Shown in pieces: positions 57,705 to 64,000 of a DNA stretch of 64,000 bases (position 1 is the first letter of the stretch; each line of letters starts with the position of its first letter). This DNA comes from a virus (Duplodnaviria > Caudoviricetes). Location of the stretch: the IMG/VR virus record IMGVR_UViG_3300025892_000008. One strand, 5' to 3'. The notes below the pieces were generated by a model. The model worked only from the letters and a program-made list of their open reading frames with translations. It was not told where the DNA came from and did not search any database. Position numbers and translations under genes: made by a program.

Positions 57705-59948
57705 ATGGCATACGTAATTAACAGAAGTGATGGAACAGCGTTTACAACGTTGCAAGACTCTACAATTGATACTACCTCAAGTTTAACACTAGTTGGTAGA
57801 AACTACATAGGGTATGGAGAAATCCAAAACGAAAACTTCTTGTTTTTATTAGAAAATTTTTCTAACACCACTGCTCCAAATAAACCACTAAGCGGCCAGT
57901 TATGGTGGGACACAACAGGTCCTGTTCTCAAGATATACGACGGAACTAAATGGTCAGAAGTTGGTGCAGCAACTATTTCAGCAACAGCACCAGTTGACCC
58001 ACAAGCAGGAGCGTTTTGGTACAAGTCAGGATCAAACACATTATACACATACAACGGAACAAGTTGGGTATTTATAGGTCCAGAAACAGCAGAAGGATTC
58101 GGAGTTACTAGAGCAAGAAGTACTACACTTAGAGCAGATACAGGTACAGATTATCCAGTAATAATAATTACTGTTGCTGACATTGCGGTTGGTATAGTAT
58201 CAACAAATACATTTACAATAGATTCTAGTGCAGCAATTACAGGATTTACTACAGTTGACACAGGCATTACACTAAGTTCTGCATATTTTGTCAACGGTGC
58301 TCTAAAAGGAAATGCAGATACTGCTACAGCATTTAAAACTGTTAGACAGATAAACGGTGTAGGATTTGACGGAACACAAAATATTGATATTACTGCTCCT
58401 ACAACACACAACCTAACTGCAGGCAACTATATTGCAGGTAATGACTTTAACGGAAGTGCAACAACAAATTGGTCAGTTGATGCAACGTCAGTAAATACAA
58501 TAGGAAAAGTTGTAGCAAGAAACTCCAGTGGAGGTTTCAGTGCAGGTTTGATAACTGCTGATCTAGAAGGCGACGTAACAGGTAACGTAACAGCAGCCTC
58601 AGGCACATCAAGATTTGATATAGTTGAAGCAAACACATTTATAGGCGCAACTCTAACAGGTAATGCGTTTAGTGCAACAAAATTAAGAACAGCAAGAGAT
58701 ATCAACGGTGTACCTTTTGATGGACTTACTGATGTAACAGTTCCAGCAAGTGCAAGAACACTTACTGATACTGCACTTGCAGCAAACGTTGTAACTTCTC
58801 AATTAGAAAGCGTAGGCGCACTTACAAGTCTAGTAGTAAACGGTACAATTACTGTAAGCACTAACCATACAATTGCAGCAGGCGGTGCTGGCTCAACTAC
58901 AACAGCAACACGTTTAATGAGATTAGTTGCAGACGATGGTACAGATACTTCAGTAGTTGATTTAATCTCACCAGATAGTTCAGTATCATCAGGATATGGA
59001 CCAAAAGGTGCAATTATTCCTAATGTAGATGAAGCACTAGACCTTGGTAAAAGTACAAAAAGATTTGACAATGTTCATGCAAATACATTCAATGGTGCGT
59101 TAGTTGGTAATGCAGATACAGCCACTTCGGCAACAACCGCTACCAACATCGCTGGCGGAGCCGCAGGCTCCGTTGCTTACCAGACTGCGTCTGGCGCAAC
59201 TGCGTTGCTTCCTATCGGAGCGGCTAACCAAGTGCTTAAATCCACAGGTACAACAGTACAATGGGGTGCACCTAGTTTAGCAGAGATTATTTCAGGGAAT
59301 TATATCACAGGAAGTAATTACGATGGATTGTCAACACAAACTTGGGCAGTTGATGCAGACACAGCAAACACTGCTAGTAAGGTTGTAGCAAGAGATAGCA
59401 GCGGAAATTTTGCAGCAGGCACAATTACTGCATCATTATCAGGCAATGCAACAACAGCAACTACAGCAGGTTTACTAAGTGGTAGCAGAACAATAAATGG
59501 TGTTGTATTTGATAACAGTGGAAACATCACAGTAACAGCAACAGATACAAATGCAGTTGCTAAAGCAGGCAGCACAATGACAGGTAGGTTAACGCTTTCA
59601 GCAGATCCTACAAGTTCAATGCACGCCGCTACAAAACAGTATGTTGATGCTAGTTCTGGATATACAATTGTTTCAGGATCATCGTCAGCAGTAGGTTACA
59701 CTAACCAAGTAGGTAGTTTTAATAATGGATCTAACTATTTTGATGTGTATCCACCGGCAGGAAAATCTATGAGCAACCTAATTGCATTTATTCCATCAAT
59801 AAGAACTATTCATTATGCAGGTGGTGTAGATGGTAACGATAGTTTAAGATGTACATACACATATTTGAGTAATAGAATAAGAGTATATGTACAAAACACA
59901 GAACAAAGAAGCAAACCTGCGGCTAATTACTTAGGAGTATGGAGTTAA
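57705..59948 (+). CDS. Tail fibre paralog
   Basis: Same N-terminal module; G.L.GNA.TAT and R.INGV.FDG repeats; ADPTSSMHAATKQYVD. Confidence 0.8.
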   Translation: MAYVINRSDGTAFTTLQDSTIDTTSSLTLVGRNYIGYGEIQNENFLFLLENFSNTTAPNKPLSGQLWWDTTGPVLKIYDGTKWSEVGAATISATAPVDPQAGAFWYKSGSNTLYTYNGTSWVFIGPETAEGFGVTRARSTTLRADTGTDYPVIIITVADIAVGIVSTNTFTIDSSAAITGFTTVDTGITLSSAYFVNGALKGNADTATAFKTVRQINGVGFDGTQNIDITAPTTHNLTAGNYIAGNDFNGSATTNWSVDATSVNTIGKVVARNSSGGFSAGLITADLEGDVTGNVTAASGTSRFDIVEANTFIGATLTGNAFSATKLRTARDINGVPFDGLTDVTVPASARTLTDTALAANVVTSQLESVGALTSLVVNGTITVSTNHTIAAGGAGSTTTATRLMRLVADDGTDTSVVDLISPDSSVSSGYGPKGAIIPNVDEALDLGKSTKRFDNVHANTFNGALVGNADTATSATTATNIAGGAAGSVAYQTASGATALLPIGAANQVLKSTGTTVQWGAPSLAEIISGNYITGSNYDGLSTQTWAVDADTANTASKVVARDSSGNFAAGTITASLSGNATTATTAGLLSGSRTINGVVFDNSGNITVTATDTNAVAKAGSTMTGRLTLSADPTSSMHAATKQYVDASSGYTIVSGSSSAVGYTNQVGSFNNGSNYFDVYPPAGKSMSNLIAFIPSIRTIHYAGGVDGNDSLRCTYTYLSNRIRVYVQNTEQRSKPAANYLGVWS

Positions 59949-59949
59949 T

Positions 59950-60315
59950 ATGAAATATATCTGTATAGAAGCCGGCGAAGTAACATCATTAATGAGTTAT
60001 GAACCTGAAGTACCATCAGGTGTAACTGTTGTTGAAATAACTGATGAAAAGGCTGATCAACTAGAAGCAGGAACACATGTTTTTGATGTTCCAACGCAGA
60101 GTGTTACACTCAAAACAGAACAGGTTGTTAGACGTGAAAATACAATTGAATCTAATGGTCAAGAGAGAGAATTTCTAAATTCAACAGACTGGAAGGTATT
60201 ACGTCATATTAGGCAAAAACACCTTGGTATTGCTACAACTTTAACTGAAGAACAATACACAGAACTTGAAAATCAACGAGAAGCAGCAGCCCAGAGAGTT
60301 GTTGATATTGAATAA
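59950..60315 (+). CDS. Tail fibre assembly chaperone-like protein
   Basis: 121 aa after a fibre gene; R.FL..TDW.V.R motif. Confidence 0.6.
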   Translation: MKYICIEAGEVTSLMSYEPEVPSGVTVVEITDEKADQLEAGTHVFDVPTQSVTLKTEQVVRRENTIESNGQEREFLNSTDWKVLRHIRQKHLGIATTLTEEQYTELENQREAAAQRVVDIE

Positions 60316-60318
60316 ATA
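60313..60318 (+). promoter_or_regulatory. Late-type promoter TAAATA
   Basis: Overlaps a stop codon; upstream of the RBS and ATG at 60342. Confidence 0.5.
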
Positions 60319-60341
60319 TAGTTACAAACTAGGAAAAATAC

Positions 60342-62084
60342 ATGGCATATCAAGTAGATAAATTTAACGGAACTTTTTTAACATCTGTAGCGGATGGTAC
60401 TATTGATACAACCACAGATTTAAGATTTGTTGGTAAAAATTATGCTGGATATGGTGAAGTACAAAACGAAAATTTCTTACACATACTTGAAAACTTTGCC
60501 AATACTACTGCTCCTCCTAAAGCAATTGAAGGACAGGTTTGGTATGATAGCGGAAACAAAAAATTAAAATTTTACGATGGCACAAAATTTAAATCAGCAT
60601 CAGGCGCTGAAATAAGTGCAACTGCTCCAGGCGGATTAGGCATAGGTGATTTTTGGTGGGATACATCAGCAAAACAAATGTATGCTTATGATGGCGGTTC
60701 ATTTATTTTAATAGGTCCTGAAGCAAGTCCAGACTTAGGTACAAGTGGTGTTGTAGCACAAGTTGTAAAAGACAGCGGTAATGCAAACCATTCTATACTT
60801 AAAGTTTTAGCAGGTGGAAAAACTGTTGCCATTGCATCACAAACAGCATTTACATTAAACAGTTCAGTAAATCCAATTGTTGACTTTACAGCAATCAAAA
60901 AAGGATTAACACTTGCAAATACAGATACGAATGGAATTAGTGCAAGTGATTATGTGTATTGGGGAACATCTTCAAATGCATTAAGACTTGGTGGATTACA
61001 AGCAAGCGATTATATTACTAAAGGTACAGTTGAATTTACAAGCACTGTATTATATGATGACCCAGGATTTAAAGTTGGTGATCAAAGAGATTTACATATA
61101 TTTGTAAACAGTGCTGACGAACCTAGAATTAACAGTTTGTTAGGAAACCCAATTGACTTAGTTGTTACAGATGGCGGTGTTGATTATAAAACTGTACAAG
61201 TAACTTTATCATCTTTACGTCCAGGTACAAGTGCAACATTTGATTTAGGTGAGGCTACGTATAAATGGAAAGACATTTATGCACAAACTATTACAGCAAA
61301 TTTAACAGGTAATGTTACAGGTGACGTTACAGGTACAGTTAAAGGAAATGTACTTGCTAATGACACACAGGTAATGATTAATGCATCAACTAAAGAAATT
61401 GGTTATACAGGTGCACAACTTGTAGGAACACTAGTTGGTAACGTAAGTGGTAACGTAACAGGAACTGCTTCTAATGCAAACAACCTTAACAATATTGCTC
61501 CGTCAATTGGAATACCTAGTCCATTAGTTACAACTATTCCAGTTAGAGATGTAAATGGAGATATCACAGCAAATCAATTTATAGGTATAGCAGACAACGC
61601 AGATAAACTTGCTGTTGATGGTACTTATAGAGTTGCTGATACAGATCCAGTAGCAAGTACAGTAGCAGCAAGAGATAGTGCAGGTAACTTAGAGGCTGTA
61701 TTATTTGAGGGAACTGCAACTTCAGCAAGATACGCTGACTTAGCAGAAAAATATTTAACAGATAAAAATTATGAAGATGGAACAGTTGTCAGTGTTGGCG
61801 GCCCACAAGAAGTAACAGCCGCTAAAGAAGGTGATAGAGCATTAGGTGTTATATCTCCAAGTCCAGCATACATGATGAATGCACATTTAGCAGGCGGACA
61901 ATTTGTTGCATTAAAAGGTAGATTACAAGTTAATGTTATAGGTGCAGTAAACAAAGGCGACAGATTAGTTGCAACTGATAATGGTTGTGCTAAATCATCA
62001 GCAAGTAGTGCAGACGTTTTTGGAATAGCATTAGAAAGCAGTACTGAAGTAGGCGTCAAAAAAGTTGAAGCGGTAGTTTTATAA
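60342..62084 (+). CDS. Tail fibre paralog with C-terminal peptidase G2 / intramolecular-chaperone-like domain
   Basis: Shared N-terminal module; ARYADLAE...GTVV..GG..EVT...GVIS..PAY.MN...VAL.GR. Confidence 0.75.
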   Translation: MAYQVDKFNGTFLTSVADGTIDTTTDLRFVGKNYAGYGEVQNENFLHILENFANTTAPPKAIEGQVWYDSGNKKLKFYDGTKFKSASGAEISATAPGGLGIGDFWWDTSAKQMYAYDGGSFILIGPEASPDLGTSGVVAQVVKDSGNANHSILKVLAGGKTVAIASQTAFTLNSSVNPIVDFTAIKKGLTLANTDTNGISASDYVYWGTSSNALRLGGLQASDYITKGTVEFTSTVLYDDPGFKVGDQRDLHIFVNSADEPRINSLLGNPIDLVVTDGGVDYKTVQVTLSSLRPGTSATFDLGEATYKWKDIYAQTITANLTGNVTGDVTGTVKGNVLANDTQVMINASTKEIGYTGAQLVGTLVGNVSGNVTGTASNANNLNNIAPSIGIPSPLVTTIPVRDVNGDITANQFIGIADNADKLAVDGTYRVADTDPVASTVAARDSAGNLEAVLFEGTATSARYADLAEKYLTDKNYEDGTVVSVGGPQEVTAAKEGDRALGVISPSPAYMMNAHLAGGQFVALKGRLQVNVIGAVNKGDRLVATDNGCAKSSASSADVFGIALESSTEVGVKKVEAVVL

Positions 62085-62968
62085 TGGCCAACATTAAAGC
62101 CAGTGACATAAACACAATCAGACAAAAAATTACTGATGTCCTAGGTACAGGTGCTACAACTTTTGGCTATGGCCAAACAGTTTATAGTTCTGCTATTACA
62201 GCAGGAACAATAATTCAAAAATCTCAATGGGATGCTGTAAGATTTGATATTGTAAATGCTTACGTTCATCAAACAGGTAATAGTCCAAGTGCAATTACTG
62301 TTAGCACAGGAGATACTATAAATGATGATGCAAGTGGTGCATATCAAAACTACGATTATTTTGCTGATGTATTAAGAAACAATAGATTCGATGTTTCTAC
62401 AGGACAATTTACCCAAACTTCAATTGATACTAAACTAACAACAGCAACTTGGAATAGCACAGCAACTTGTACTGTTACAATTGATTTTGCATCTGCAGAA
62501 GACGGTAGACACTTTTTTAATAGTGGCGGAGCAATTAGAATAGAAACAAGTCATGTTAATGGAACTTCAGCGCAAGCAGGTGCTTGGTCAACTATGTTAG
62601 CATCAATTGCCCCACAAGATTTTGCAGGCGATTTAATAGCATCAACTGGATATTACACATTAACTAATTCATTTCAAACATATTTTTCAAATGCAGCAAG
62701 TACACCGTATAGTGGCAACACGTATAATCTCAAAGCAAAATGTAATGTTGCAAATAATAGTGCAGGAACAGCCACGCAGGTAGTAATACAAGTAAATTTA
62801 GCAGATACATATGTAGATCCAGGATCACCGCCTCCAGGTGATTTAGTAGACGGTAAATTAACAATAGATGTAAACAAAATACAAGCAGCAGGAACATTAG
62901 CACCATCAGGCACCTTTGCAGTTACTGGTCCAAGCAGTACTACTGTTTCAGCAATTAGTGTAGCATAA
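62084..62968 (+). CDS. Virion structural protein (paralog of 63001..)
   Basis: LGTG...FGYGQ, RFDI.NAY.H and RHFFN.GG.I shared with the next gene. Confidence 0.75.
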   Translation: MANIKASDINTIRQKITDVLGTGATTFGYGQTVYSSAITAGTIIQKSQWDAVRFDIVNAYVHQTGNSPSAITVSTGDTINDDASGAYQNYDYFADVLRNNRFDVSTGQFTQTSIDTKLTTATWNSTATCTVTIDFASAEDGRHFFNSGGAIRIETSHVNGTSAQAGAWSTMLASIAPQDFAGDLIASTGYYTLTNSFQTYFSNAASTPYSGNTYNLKAKCNVANNSAGTATQVVIQVNLADTYVDPGSPPPGDLVDGKLTIDVNKIQAAGTLAPSGTFAVTGPSSTTVSAISVA

Positions 62969-62977
62969 CTCTGCTAT

Positions 62978-62985
62978 TATAAATA
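62978..62985 (+). promoter_or_regulatory. Late promoter TATAAATA
   Basis: Exact T4 late consensus, followed by a GAGG RBS and ATG at 63001. Confidence 0.7.
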
Positions 62986-63000
62986 CTTGTGAGGTAAAAA

Positions 63001-64000
63001 ATGGCAGGTGTAAACCAAAAAATCAGAAAAGTTGACTATAACAGTGTCCAAAGTGATATTGATAGTATCTTAGGTACAGGTACTAGTAATTTTGGATATG
63101 GACAGCCTGTTTTAAGCAACCAAGTTGATGAATCTAATTCAGTTACTGTAAACGAATACGCAGCACTACGTTTTGATATAATCAACGCTTACAAACATTT
63201 ATTTAATAGTTTACCACCTGATGTAGATGCACAAACAATTGGCGCAACAGTAAGGTTTGATAGTGCACCACCAGATGCTGCACCTATAGGTTATTGGGCA
63301 AGTGTAGTAAATTCTATAAGTACAAACAGACTAGCATTAGCAGTTAGTGGACAACGTGTAACAGTAAATCACGGAACAACAAATTTTAGTAGTGCCTGGG
63401 GTGCATCAGCACCTTTAGGTTCACCGTCGCCACAATTATCATGCCAAGTTGATGTTGAATGGACTACTAGTGAACAAGCAAGACACTTTTTTAACGCAGG
63501 CGGCAGTATACAATTTACAAGTACAAGAACAGGCGGAAGTTCATCTGCACAAAATACAAGTTGGACAACTTTATTAAGTACTGCTGGTACAAGAGTATTT
63601 GGAGGCAATACTCCTGGAACAGGAACAACACCATCTAATGGACAAAATTGGTTTAGAGCAAGAAGCATAGCAGATGCATGGAGTACTTCTACTGCATCAA
63701 GTCCTTACGCATTAAATGAATTTAAAATTACAGTACAAACAAATGATTCACCCACAGTATCTAGTAACAGTTCGGGTGCTTCAAGAAAATTAAGATTCAT
63801 CCTATATTGGCTTGACAATCACTTTCCACTTGGAGGAGACTCAGATTCAGGAACTCCTGTACAACCAGGAGTACTAGGACCGGATACTGTAGATGGTACT
63901 ATTGCATTAACTGTACAAACAGTCAAAGCATCAGGCGTTTTGGAACCAGCAGCCTCTGGAAACTTTGAAGTATCAACACCTACTGTAACAATTGGATCAA
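63001..64000 (+). CDS. Virion structural protein (partial; runs off the right edge, absent from the ORF track)
   Basis: Manual translation MAGVNQKIRKVDYNSVQSDIDSILGTGTSNFGYGQ; paralog of 62084..62968; frame open at the window end. Confidence 0.8.
   Translation, partial: MAGVNQKIRKVDYNSVQSDIDSILGTGTSNFGYGQPVLSNQVDESNSVTVNEYAALRFDIINAYKHLFNSLPPDVDAQTIGATVRFDSAPPDAAPIGYWASVVNSISTNRLALAVSGQRVTVNHGTTNFSSAWGASAPLGSPSPQLSCQVDVEWTTSEQARHFFNAGGSIQFTSTRTGGSSSAQNTSWTTLLSTAGTRVFGGNTPGTGTTPSNGQNWFRARSIADAWSTSTASSPYALNEFKITVQTNDSPTVSSNSSGASRKLRFILYWLDNHFPLGGDSDSGTPVQPGVLGPDTVDGTIALTVQTVKASGVLEPAASGNFEVSTPTVTIGS

Noticed and set aside
38026-59948. Recurring D-S-(S/T/A) tripeptides as a glycosylation code
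   Set aside because: A rough expectation from amino-acid composition gives a similar count.
53642-62084. Diversity-generating retroelement acting on fibre tips
   Set aside because: No reverse transcriptase, and no near-identical template/variable repeat pair was seen.
976-63668. Many short ORF-track entries antisense to or out of frame within long genes
   Set aside because: Shadow ORFs of biased coding sequence with no motifs or RBS.
1-64000. Stop-codon reassignment (seen in some huge phages)
   Set aside because: Long ORFs are intact in the standard code, and TAG ends genes right at the next gene boundary (e.g. 7688, 29596, 34025).
1-64000. tRNA, tmRNA, RNase P or hammerhead genes
   Set aside because: No cloverleaf/T-arm, P4 or CUGAUGA-GAAA cores were found in the few intergenic gaps.

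Overview
A 64-kb, AT-rich, almost fully coding segment of a large T4-related (jumbo-type) myovirus genome, read in the standard genetic code. Left arm (minus strand): fibre/virion genes, then the head module (major capsid gp23, scaffold gp22, protease gp21, acidic core protein, portal gp20) and a tape measure gene. Centre: a gp26/gp51-like chaperone pair, two probable internal head proteins, a ~495-bp non-coding gap, a stand-alone GIY-YIG nuclease, and gp46/gp47/gp55. Right arm (plus strand): baseplate genes (tube initiator, gp53-like, hub, gp5, gp25, gp6, a 4978-aa wedge protein) and paralogous tail-fibre genes. T4-late-type TAAATA promoters sit in most intergenic gaps. Four signals stand out. 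(1) A GC-elevated, highly structured, probably minus-strand RNA of ~330-370 nt lies directly behind the GIY-YIG gene. (2) A canonical -1 slippery site plus a predicted pseudoknot would fuse the gp26-like and gp51-like ORFs. (3) A ~337-aa His/Glu-motif domain is inserted into the giant baseplate protein. (4) Two late genes carry structured 5' leaders. All calls come from reading sequence and motifs by eye; no searches or folding programs were run.
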